A model generated the notes under the pieces. It made no database searches and was not told the DNA's origin. It saw only the letters and a list, made by a program, of their open reading frames with translations. A stretch of DNA of 7,166 bases from Nanopusillaceae archaeon (GTDB taxonomy: Archaea; Nanobdellota; Nanobdellia; Nanobdellales; Nanobdellaceae). Within the stretch, counting starts at the first letter, position 1; the number at the start of each line of letters is the position of its first letter. Shown piece by piece: positions 1 through 6,862 of the stretch. The stretch is taken from assembly GCA_038833255.1 (NCBI GenBank), contig JAWBIX010000017.1, forward strand, positions 1 to 7,166, given 5' to 3'. Made by a program: the position numbers and the translations under genes.

Positions 1-1
1 T

Positions 2-316
2 CGAGCAAATCTAGAAGCTTTAGAAGAATTAAAAGATAATAAGACAAAAACTCTATTAGTATATGCATTTACACAAGCGCTAGCAAATCCTATTGCAGAT
101 ATGGATGATATACTCGATAGTTTAGATTTAGATACAGATTCTGATAAAGAAGAAAAGAAGAAGAAGAAAAAGGAAAAGAAGAAAGAAAAAATTAAAGACA
201 TAGAGAAAAAGCTGGAAGAAATAAAAAATAGTGAAGTATCATCAATAGAAGAATTTTTATCTACACATCCACCAATCCCAAAAAGATTAAGATTTTTAGA
301 TACTTTACCATATTAA
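2..316 (+). CDS. C-terminal fragment of an M48-family (HtpX/Ste24-like) zinc metallopeptidase; the 5' end lies outside the window
   Basis: The frame is open from base 2: RANLEALEELKDNKTKTLLVYAFTQALANPIAD precedes the internal M at 101 used by the ORF track. Stop TAA at 314-316. The tail FLSTHPPIPKRLRFL matches the conserved STHPPxxxRIxxL C-terminal motif of M48 peptidases. The HExxH site would lie upstream of the window and cannot be seen. Confidence 0.55.
   Translation, partial: RANLEALEELKDNKTKTLLVYAFTQALANPIADMDDILDSLDLDTDSDKEEKKKKKKEKKKEKIKDIEKKLEEIKNSEVSSIEEFLSTHPPIPKRLRFLDTLPY
146..191 (+). repeat. 46-nt uninterrupted polypurine (A/G only) tract including (AAG)4 at 155-166; it encodes the KEEKKKKKKEKKKEK stretch
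   Basis: Direct reading shows no C or T between a146 and a191. The AAG repeats are in frame with the CDS. Confidence 0.9.
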
Positions 317-323
317 AGCATTT

Positions 324-1490
324 ATGTTTAAAGATGAAAAGATAAGTAAGTTCATCTTAGAAAACAAGATAGAAATAGAAAATATAAAACCTCTTTGTAA
401 GCATTTTGAAAAATGTGGCGGATGTATATTTCAAAACATTTCATATAGAACAGAAAAAGAAATTAAATTAAAGATTGCTGAAAAAAATCTAAATTTTATA
501 AATAATTTGAAATTATCTTTTTTTGAAAGTAAAAAAAGAATATACTATAGAAATAGGATGGATTATTCTATTGTTAGAAAAGATAACGATATATTAATAG
601 GTTTGAAAGAATATGGAAAATGGTATGAAGTAGTAAATTTAGATGAATGCTATTTACTTAGCGAAGAAACAAGCGAAATATTAAAAAGAACTAAAGATTT
701 TATTATAAAAAATAATTTAGAGGCATATGATTTAATAAATAAAACTGGTAACGTAAGATATATAGTAATAAGAGAAGGTAAAAATACTAAAAAAAGATTA
801 ATTTCAATAATAGTAAAAGAAAGCTTTCCTATTGAAAAGTATTCAGAAGAAATGAAAGATATTGCAAATTCTTTTGTTCTAGCTATAAATGATACATTAG
901 CTGATGTATCTTTTGGAAGAATCGAAAAATATATTGGAGAAACATTTAGTGAAAAAGTTTTAGATAAAGAATTTATAATTCCTCCGTTTTCATTTTTTCA
1001 ATCAAATACTGAAATGGCTGAAATTATGATTAAAGAAGCTAAGGAATTTTTAGATGGTAAATCTTTAGCAGATTTATATTGTGGCGTAGGATTATTTGGA
1101 ATAAGTTTTGCTGAGAATTTTGAAGAGATTATTGGAATTGAAATAGATAAAGAAGCTATAAAAGCGGCAAAATTAAATTCTATTATTAATGGAATAAAAA
1201 ATGCTAATTTTATTGAAGCCAAAGTTGAAGATAAAATAAAAGATATTAAAAGCGATTTTATAGTTGTTGATCCACCAAGAGCTGGTTTATCTAATAAAGT
1301 TATAAAAGGAATTATTAGTAATAAAAATATAAAGAAAATTCTTTATTATTCTTGTAATATAGAAACTTTTGCTAGAGATTTGAAAAAACTTTCTAAAAAC
1401 TTCAAAATACATGAAAACATAAAAATTTTTGATCAGTTTCCTTTAACTAAGCATTTTGAGCTTCTTGCTTTTCTAGAGAGAAAAGAATAA
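324..1490 (+). CDS. SAM-dependent RNA (uracil-C5)-methyltransferase, RumA/RlmC/TrmA family (COG2265), with [4Fe-4S]-type cysteine cluster; tRNA versus rRNA substrate not assignable
   Basis: 388 aa. Cys cluster C25-x5-C31-x2-C34 (CKHFEKCGGC) plus a fourth Cys in LDECYLL. YRNRMDY; FFQSN; SAM motif I DLYCGVGLFG; motif IV VDPPRAGL; catalytic-Cys motif YYSCNIETFARDL; C-terminal FDQFPLTKHFE. It starts 7 nt after the upstream stop, so it is probably co-transcribed. Confidence 0.9.
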   Translation: MFKDEKISKFILENKIEIENIKPLCKHFEKCGGCIFQNISYRTEKEIKLKIAEKNLNFINNLKLSFFESKKRIYYRNRMDYSIVRKDNDILIGLKEYGKWYEVVNLDECYLLSEETSEILKRTKDFIIKNNLEAYDLINKTGNVRYIVIREGKNTKKRLISIIVKESFPIEKYSEEMKDIANSFVLAINDTLADVSFGRIEKYIGETFSEKVLDKEFIIPPFSFFQSNTEMAEIMIKEAKEFLDGKSLADLYCGVGLFGISFAENFEEIIGIEIDKEAIKAAKLNSIINGIKNANFIEAKVEDKIKDIKSDFIVVDPPRAGLSNKVIKGIISNKNIKKILYYSCNIETFARDLKKLSKNFKIHENIKIFDQFPLTKHFELLAFLERKE

Positions 1491-1837
1491 ATATTTACAT
1501 TTCAGTAATAGTTATGAAAACAAAAGAATTAATTAATCTCTTACTTATGAAATAGGTCATATACACTTGTTGCATGCGAAAAATAATGATATACTAATTA
1601 TTCTTGGAGGACTAATTTTTACTTTAGTATTTTAACTTTTGGAAAAGAGTTTTATATTTTATCACTATCTATTTCTTTTCTTTTAGCTCTAGAAGATTTA
1701 AGTCTTTTTGTTAACACTTATTATATAATAATTTTTTCTTCTATACTTTCTTTTTTTGGATATTTAAGATTTTTTGAAAATGTAAACAAAAAGAAATATA
1801 AATAAGTTTTGTTATTTGTTTTTTGTATTTTTCGAAT

Positions 1838-3118
1838 TTATGTTTTTTCTTTATAACTTAGACCAAAAAGAGTTTTAACTTTTTGTCTAGTTTCTTTATA
1901 ATTAACTATAGGCGGAAAATATCCTGGTATTCTATAAGTTATGGGATCGTGCAAATAAATACAAGGGACATCTTTTAATTCTGGTATATAAGTTTTGATG
2001 TATTCACATTTTGGATCTAATTCCTTGGATTGTTTAACTGGGTTAAAAATTCTTATAGCATAATCTGTTCCTACAGAAGCTACCCATTGCCAATTTCCAA
2101 CGTTTACAACTTCATCATAATCTATAAGATGCTTGCTGAAGAATTTTTCTCCCAGACGCCAATCTCCTCCTAAATCTTTCGTGAAAAAACTAGCTAGTAA
2201 CATTCTAAGTCTGTTGTGAATCCATTTTTCTGATTTTAATTGTCTTATAGCAGCATCAATAATAGGATATCCAGTTTCTCCATTATAAAAAGCATCTAAG
2301 CATAAATTATCCCATTTTATATTTCTTCTATCTTCTCTAAGCTCTAAGTTGTTCATATACGGATATAAATTTTTTAATGCATACCAATATTCTCTCCAAG
2401 CAAGCTCTTTTACAAATTTTTCACTAATTTTGCCCAAATTATAAATATGGCGTATCGATAATATACCAAATCTAATATATGGAGATAAGCGTGTAGATCC
2501 GTTTAAAAATTTTCTTAATTTTCTATACTTCGAAAAATCATATTTCAAGAATTTTTCTGCATCGTATGCATTAAATTTATTAATTTCGTATTTTAACTTC
2601 TTAGTCGCTTCTTGCCAAGTTGGTTCTTCTTTTGGATTAAGAAATTTAACGTTAAATTTCCCTATAATTTCTAAATCTAGTTTTTCTTTCCATTTTTTGT
2701 AAAAACTCGAAAATGACCAAAAATTTTTTATTTTTCTAAAATCAGCTAAAAAATTATCGAAGATTTTAACAAATCTCACTTTTTTATTAATAGCTAGCGT
2801 TTCAACTTTTTTTAATCTTTCTTCTCCACTCCAAGTAAAAGCCTCAGCTGTAACAATTGCTTTTGGTTTATATTTTTCTATTAGATAATCAAAAATTTCT
2901 AAAGTCTTACCTACGTAAACTTTTAGTGGAATTTCTTCAGAAAGTTTTTGTAGTGCAGTTATTATAAAACCTAGTCTTAAATCGTAAGCTTCAAATTTAT
3001 CGAGTATATCAGTATCTATAATAAATATTGGTAGTACTTCCCCCAATTTAGATGCTGCGTATAGAGCTCTATTATCATATACTCTAAGATCCCTTTTAAA
3101 CCAAAATATGATTGTCAT
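1838..3118 (-). CDS. phr: Deoxyribodipyrimidine photolyase (class-I-type CPD photolyase / cryptochrome-photolyase family), compact 426-aa form
   Basis: N-terminal FWFKRDLRVYDNRAL. FAD-domain block ETGYPIIDAAIRQL..WIHNRLRMLLASFFTKDL..DWRLGEKFF..LIDYD..NVGNWQW..RIFNP..Q....DP..EYIK.YIPEL. I place the start at ATG 3118 (MTIIFWFKRDLR) because homologues begin just before the WF(R/K)RDLR motif. The ORF-track start at 3184 adds 22 non-conserved residues. Confidence 0.9.
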   Translation of the reverse strand: MTIIFWFKRDLRVYDNRALYAASKLGEVLPIFIIDTDILDKFEAYDLRLGFIITALQKLSEEIPLKVYVGKTLEIFDYLIEKYKPKAIVTAEAFTWSGEERLKKVETLAINKKVRFVKIFDNFLADFRKIKNFWSFSSFYKKWKEKLDLEIIGKFNVKFLNPKEEPTWQEATKKLKYEINKFNAYDAEKFLKYDFSKYRKLRKFLNGSTRLSPYIRFGILSIRHIYNLGKISEKFVKELAWREYWYALKNLYPYMNNLELREDRRNIKWDNLCLDAFYNGETGYPIIDAAIRQLKSEKWIHNRLRMLLASFFTKDLGGDWRLGEKFFSKHLIDYDEVVNVGNWQWVASVGTDYAIRIFNPVKQSKELDPKCEYIKTYIPELKDVPCIYLHDPITYRIPGYFPPIVNYKETRQKVKTLFGLSYKEKT

Positions 3119-3315
3119 AAAAAATAATTGTATTATATGTATGCTAGAATAACTTGAAAGGGAGATAGAAATTATAGGAAGCATTATTATAGTAGTTTTG
3201 TTCGTGATTTCGATGTTTTTATTATTTATAAAATAATAGAAACCGCACTTTCAGAAGTTGATATGTCCCTGATGATTGAATTCTTAGTGATATTTTTTGT
3301 TTTCGTTTACGTTTT

Positions 3316-3363
3316 GAGATAGATTAATAAAAATTCTGAATAAAATTAGAAAATTTGAGCGAA
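3316..3363 (+). repeat. Upstream copy of an imperfect direct repeat that recurs at the 3' end of the small ORF
   Basis: gagatagattaataaaaattctgaat (3316-3341) matches gagatagaattttaaaaattctgaat (3640-3665) at 23 of 26 positions. Both copies are followed by gagcgaa (3357-3363 and 3674-3680) after gaps of different length. Confidence 0.45.
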
Positions 3364-3461
3364 TCTCAATATAAAATAGGATAAAAAAATAAAACTATGA
3401 ATTGGTTTGGGGAAGTCATATAAATTTATTAATTTTTATTAATAAAATTATATATACGATT

Positions 3462-3689
3462 ATGATAGAAAAGATAGAAAAAGAAATATATTCTTTAATA
3501 GGTATATTCATCTTAGTTTTTGTAGGAATTATTATGATTTATACTATTTATCTGGTGTTGGAAACTATATTTCCAAATGTGAATATTTTTATAAAAATAG
3601 TATTATTATCTATATTTATTGCTTTTATCTTTGTTGTGAGAGATAGAATTTTAAAAATTCTGAATTTTGCAAAGAGCGAACGAAACTAA
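3462..3689 (+). CDS. Hypothetical small membrane protein (75 aa from ATG 3462; two predicted TM helices and a basic C-terminal tail)
   Basis: The ORF-track frame 3402-3689 begins with TTG. The first ATG is at 3462 (MIEKIEKEIYSLIGIFILVFVGIIMIYTIYLVL..IFIKIVLLSIFIAFIFVV..RDRILKILNFAKSERN). I recognise no family motif. In T-rich DNA, hydrophobic ORFs can arise by composition alone. Confidence 0.4.
   Translation: MIEKIEKEIYSLIGIFILVFVGIIMIYTIYLVLETIFPNVNIFIKIVLLSIFIAFIFVVRDRILKILNFAKSERN
3640..3680 (+). repeat. Downstream copy of the imperfect direct repeat (inside the 3' end of the small ORF); contains the palindrome aaaattc-t-gaatttt
   Basis: See the 3316-3363 feature. aaaattctgaatttt (3654-3668) is a perfect 7+7 palindrome around one central base. 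Confidence 0.45.
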
Positions 3690-3726
3690 GTTTTCAAGAA
3701 TAATGTAATTTTATTTATTTCTATTT

Positions 3727-5037
3727 CTATCGAAAAATACTTCTCTTTATTCCCTTAGATATTAGATAGAACCAAATTGGAAAAATATATATTTTTTTGT
3801 TATAAATTTCGTATTCATTAAATTCTTTTAATGTTAAAATTATTCCATAAGAAGTTTTTAAATCTTTTATTTTTTTAGCAAAAGTTTTTACATCAATTTC
3901 ATTTACACTTGTTTTTACTTCAATCGGTATAATTTCGTTATCTTTAATTTCTATAAAATCTATTTCTTTATTGCCCTTTCTAAAATAATGCTTTACATTA
4001 ATTTCACTACAAACAATAGTTTCTAGCATTTTTCCCAAAATATTATCATCTATTTTTTCATAGAAACAAAAAATCAAAGAAGAAGTTGCAGGATATACTT
4101 TTTTGTATTTTCTCGAAGATGCAAGAACACTTGCTCTAAAATTCGATAATAAATTTATAAGTAGAGAAAATCTTAAGTAATGCACATAATTCATTATAGT
4201 TAATTTACTTCTTTTTAGATCTTTCGATAATTTTTCATAGTTTAAAATTAATCCAGGATTTTTAAAAAATAATTTTACTAAGGTTTCTAATAACTCTACA
4301 TCAACTCTTTTAAATAGAATTGATAGATCTTTATAGATAACTCTATCAATTATAGAAGATTTAACGTACATCTTAATTTTTTCTTCATCTTCTTCTTTAA
4401 CTAATTCTGGAAATCCAGATTTTTTAATAAATTCAAAAAAATATTTCAAAAAAATTTCGTTATATACTCTTGCATTTTTGAGCACATCTTCAAAATTAAT
4501 ATTTGAGTTCTTCATTTCTACAAACTCTTTAAAAGTTAATGGCTTTAATTCAAATTCATAAACTCTTCCAGCTAAACTTTCTTTTGATTTTTTAGATAAA
4601 ATTAGGCTTGCTGAACCAGATAAAAAGAATTTAATGTTCGGATATAAATCGTAATATATTTTTATTTTATTTTCCCAATTTTCACATTTTTGAATTTCAT
4701 CAAAAAAGATATAAATTTTATCTATTTCGTTAAAACTTTTTCCTAAAATTAATTTTTCATAATATTCTAATATATCTTTAATATCTAACTTTTCTTCGTC
4801 AAAGGAAAAATAAAGAATTTTTTTTGGATCAACTCCCTTATCTAAAAGATATTGAATTATTTGATAAAGAAGCTTTGTTTTTCCTACTCTTCTTAAACCA
4901 GTTATTAATATAATTTGCCTATCTTCTAAATATTTCAAAATAGTATAAAAAAGATACCTTCTATATTTTTCTAAATCTTTTTCGCTTACTTTTCCAGTTG
5001 TCCACCAATTATTAAACTTTGTTAGCAAATCTATCAT
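3727..5037 (-). CDS. AAA+ ATPase of the AAA_14 / DUF4143 (COG1373 'archaeal ATPase') family with a PD-(D/E)xK nuclease-like C-terminal motif
   Basis: 436 aa. N-terminal FNNWWTTG. Walker A ITGLRRVGKTKLL (nt 4876-4899). Walker B IYIFFDEIQ. SGSAS..L; ESLAGR..EFELKPLTFKEF; SGFPEL; IIDRVIYKDL. DUF4143-like NYEKLSKDL..S..T..NYV.YL. C-terminal YFRKGNKEIDFIEIKDNEIIPIEVK (D360 ... E373-V-K375, nt about 3913-3966). Confidence 0.9.
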   Translation of the reverse strand: MIDLLTKFNNWWTTGKVSEKDLEKYRRYLFYTILKYLEDRQIILITGLRRVGKTKLLYQIIQYLLDKGVDPKKILYFSFDEEKLDIKDILEYYEKLILGKSFNEIDKIYIFFDEIQKCENWENKIKIYYDLYPNIKFFLSGSASLILSKKSKESLAGRVYEFELKPLTFKEFVEMKNSNINFEDVLKNARVYNEIFLKYFFEFIKKSGFPELVKEEDEEKIKMYVKSSIIDRVIYKDLSILFKRVDVELLETLVKLFFKNPGLILNYEKLSKDLKRSKLTIMNYVHYLRFSLLINLLSNFRASVLASSRKYKKVYPATSSLIFCFYEKIDDNILGKMLETIVCSEINVKHYFRKGNKEIDFIEIKDNEIIPIEVKTSVNEIDVKTFAKKIKDLKTSYGIILTLKEFNEYEIYNKKIYIFPIWFYLISKGIKRSIFR

Positions 5038-5246
5038 AATATTAGTTAAATATATTAAACTAATATTTAAATTTTTAGTTAAGTCAACTGAACTAATGAT
5101 ATAGTAGCATAAAAACAGTAGTAGTCTATTTTTATATTATAAAAATTTGTCGTGGATCCCCTAGCATTTTTCCATCTTTATAGATCCACGATAACGATCT
5201 ATTTATTTTTTAATCCTAAGATATAATATTATTGAGATTTACGCGA
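5038..5246. promoter_or_regulatory. Divergent control region: the ATPase promoter (minus strand) and the CRISPR leader (plus strand)
   Basis: 209-nt AT-rich non-coding stretch with no ORF longer than about 11 codons on either strand. TTTAAATA on the minus strand (5064-5071) lies 27-34 nt upstream of the ATPase ATG, which fits a leaderless or near-leaderless archaeal transcript. Plus-strand TATA-like boxes are tttatattat (5131-5140), ctttatag (5176-5183) and gatataatatt (5220-5230). In DNA this AT-rich these matches are weak evidence. Confidence 0.5.
5150..5191. repeat. Perfect 9-bp GC-containing inverted repeat (tcgtggatc / gatccacga) separated by 24 nt, inside the CRISPR leader
   Basis: Arms at 5150-5158 and 5183-5191 are exact reverse complements with 5 G/C pairs, in a region otherwise almost devoid of G/C. 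Confidence 0.8.
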
Positions 5247-5578
5247 GTTAGAATCAGACTAATGTAGGATTGAAATAAACACTACAATTAACAATAACAA
5301 TATTATATAAAGTTAGAATCAGACTAATGTAGGATTGAAATTGCGATTTTAGTTCTTCAGATCTTTGTCTTATTTGTGTTAGAATCAGACTAATGTAGGA
5401 TTGAAATGAAAATATGAAAAATGAAATTTTAAATCAAATTTTGCGTTAGAATCAGACTAATGTAGGATTGAAATTATATACTATTAGCTTATATTTTTGC
5501 TATTTTTTCTTTAGAATCAGACTAATGTAGGATTGAAATATGATTAATGGTGAAGGTGTATATGCAGGAATTTGCTGA

Positions 5579-5712
5579 GTTAGAATCAGACTAATGTAGG
5601 ATTGAAATATTTTTCCGTTTCTTACATATTCACAAACTTCACACCGTTAGAATCAGACTAATGTAGGATTGAAATATTTTTCCGTTTCTTACATATTCAC
5701 AAACTTCACACC
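5579..5712 (+). repeat. Exact tandem duplication of one 67-nt repeat+spacer unit (spacers 6 and 7 identical)
   Basis: Spacer 6 (5609-5645) and spacer 7 (5676-5712) are both atttttccgtttcttacatattcacaaacttcacacc. Confidence 0.95.
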
Positions 5713-6832
5713 GTTAGAATCAGACTAATGTAGGATTGAAATAGAAGAAGCAGAATATATTTTAAGCAACTTTAAGAAAAGTTAGAATCAGACTAATGTA
5801 GGATTGAAATTTAGATTTATTAAGCTTAAAAAGAATTGTTAAAAGAGTTAGAATCAGACTAATGTAGGATTGAAATACTTCAAATATTAAAACATCACTT
5901 ACATTTAAACCATGTTAGAATCAGACTAATGTAGGATTGAAATACAATTCCATTTGATATTGTCACTGTACCCCAATATGTCCAGTTAGAATCAGACTAA
6001 TGTAGGATTGAAATATTTCCATTTTTCTTCATCAACTTCGAGTAATTTAAGGTTAGAATCAGACTAATGTAGGATTGAAATACATCTACGACTAATATAG
6101 AGGAACTTGTCACTGTACGTTAGAATCAGACTAATGTAGGATTGAAATATTACATTTAGCTTGAATGGATTAATAAAAATTTCTGTTAGAATCAGACTAA
6201 TGTAGGATTGAAATTCAACAGTTTCGCAAATTAAAGAAATTCCTAAAACAGTTAGAATCAGACTAATGTAGGATTGAAATATTTTTGTTTATGCTGTGTT
6301 TCTTTTAGCGATTTTTGGTTAGAATCAGACTAATGTAGGATTGAAATATCTCCTTTTATTCTTTTTTTCAATTAAGATATTTTTTGTTAGAATCAGACTA
6401 ATGTAGGATTGAAATTTCTTTAACAACTTGTGATGGAGTTTTTGGAGTTGTGTTAGAATCAGACTAATGTAGGATTGAAATACATATTCATAAACTTTAA
6501 AAGTTCTTGGAGCGTAAAAACTGTTAGAATCAGACTAATGTAGGATTGAAATAGCATGTACATTATCAAACTCAAGAAAATTTGTAAAGTTAGAATCAGA
6601 CTAATGTAGGATTGAAATGTAATTAATCTCGTAGTTTTGCCTGCACCAGGAACTCCGTTAGAATCAGACTAATGTAGGATTGAAATTAAAACTGTGTCTG
6701 CTGTATTTAAATAACTAAACTCTAATCGTGTTAGAATCAGACTAATGTAGGATTGAAATCTTTTATCTTTTATAGTTAGGTTATCTCCAAAAAAAGTTAG
6801 AATCAGACTAATGTAGGATTGAAAGCTTGTAT

Positions 6833-6862
6833 CAGCGTGAACAAAACCATCACGCTGTTTTT
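6833..6862 (+). terminator. Intrinsic-terminator-like hairpin plus T5 located inside spacer 24
   Basis: cagcgtga (6833-6840) and tcacgctg (6850-6857) are exact reverse complements (8 bp, 5 G/C). The loop is 9 nt and is followed immediately by ttttt (6858-6862). It has the same polarity as the inferred pre-crRNA. Confidence 0.35.

Noticed and set aside
998-1222. 74-aa minus-strand ORF from the ORF track
   Set aside because: It lies entirely antisense inside the well-supported methyltransferase CDS. The peptide is low-complexity and hydrophobic (I/L/F/S-rich), typical of the antisense frame of an AT-rich gene. I recognise no motif in it.
1590-1805. 72-codon stop-free frame (YTNYSWRTNFYFSILTFGKEFYILSLSISFLLALEDLSLFVNTYYIIIFSSILSFFGYLRFFENVNKKKYK) in the 347-nt convergent intergenic region. 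It looks like a two-TM peptide and could be joined to ATG 1574 by a +1 shift.
   Set aside because: It has no ATG, GTG or TTG in frame. The region is T-rich, so F/L/I/Y-rich pseudo-hydrophobic frames arise by composition. One or two stop-free runs of this length are expected by chance in a window of this size and AT content. A frameshifted pseudogene cannot be excluded, but nothing supports it.
3119-3184. 22-codon N-terminal extension of the photolyase ORF
   Set aside because: The conserved photolyase N-terminus (WFKRDLR) starts just after the internal ATG at 3118, and the extension is non-conserved hydrophobic filler. It is kept only as an alternative start.
3269-3339. C/D-box sRNA-like arrangement (ctgatga at 3269-3275 ... 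ctga at 3336-3339)
   Set aside because: The spacing (~70 nt) is long for archaeal C/D sRNAs. There are no convincing C' or D' boxes. There is no terminal complementarity flanking the boxes to form the kink-turn stem. The first base of the C box is C rather than a purine.
3402-3461. TTG-initiated 20-codon extension of the small membrane ORF
   Set aside because: It relies on a TTG start with no ribosome-binding or promoter support. The first ATG (3462) gives a compact two-TM protein.
5038-5067. 10-bp perfect inverted repeat aatattagtt-N10-aactaatatt directly upstream of the ATPase start codon
   Set aside because: Nine of the ten pairs are A/T. At this base composition, inverted repeats of this length with short spacers are expected about once per window by chance.
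5207-5236. Possible anti-repeat (tracrRNA-like) or degenerate repeat in the leader (aatccta matching the repeat complement; attgagatt resembling attgaaat)
   Set aside because: Full-length alignments give only about 15-16 of 30 matches in either orientation, which is indistinguishable from AT-rich background. The spacing to repeat 1 (8 nt) does not fit a repeat-spacer unit. The repeat family is Cas6-type, not type II.
5944-6118. Spacers 11 and 13 share an exact 12-mer (ttgtcactgtac)
   Set aside because: The flanking sequence is unrelated. Roughly one exact 12-mer coincidence is expected among about 1 kb of spacers at this composition.
6168-6181. Spacer 14 shares a 14-nt exact match (gattaataaaaatt) with 3322-3335 in the intergenic direct repeat, suggesting self-targeting
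   Set aside because: The match is almost pure A/T and breaks on both sides (3 of 9 upstream, an indel downstream). This is far short of the ~36-nt spacer, and about one such match is expected by chance between the spacers and the window.
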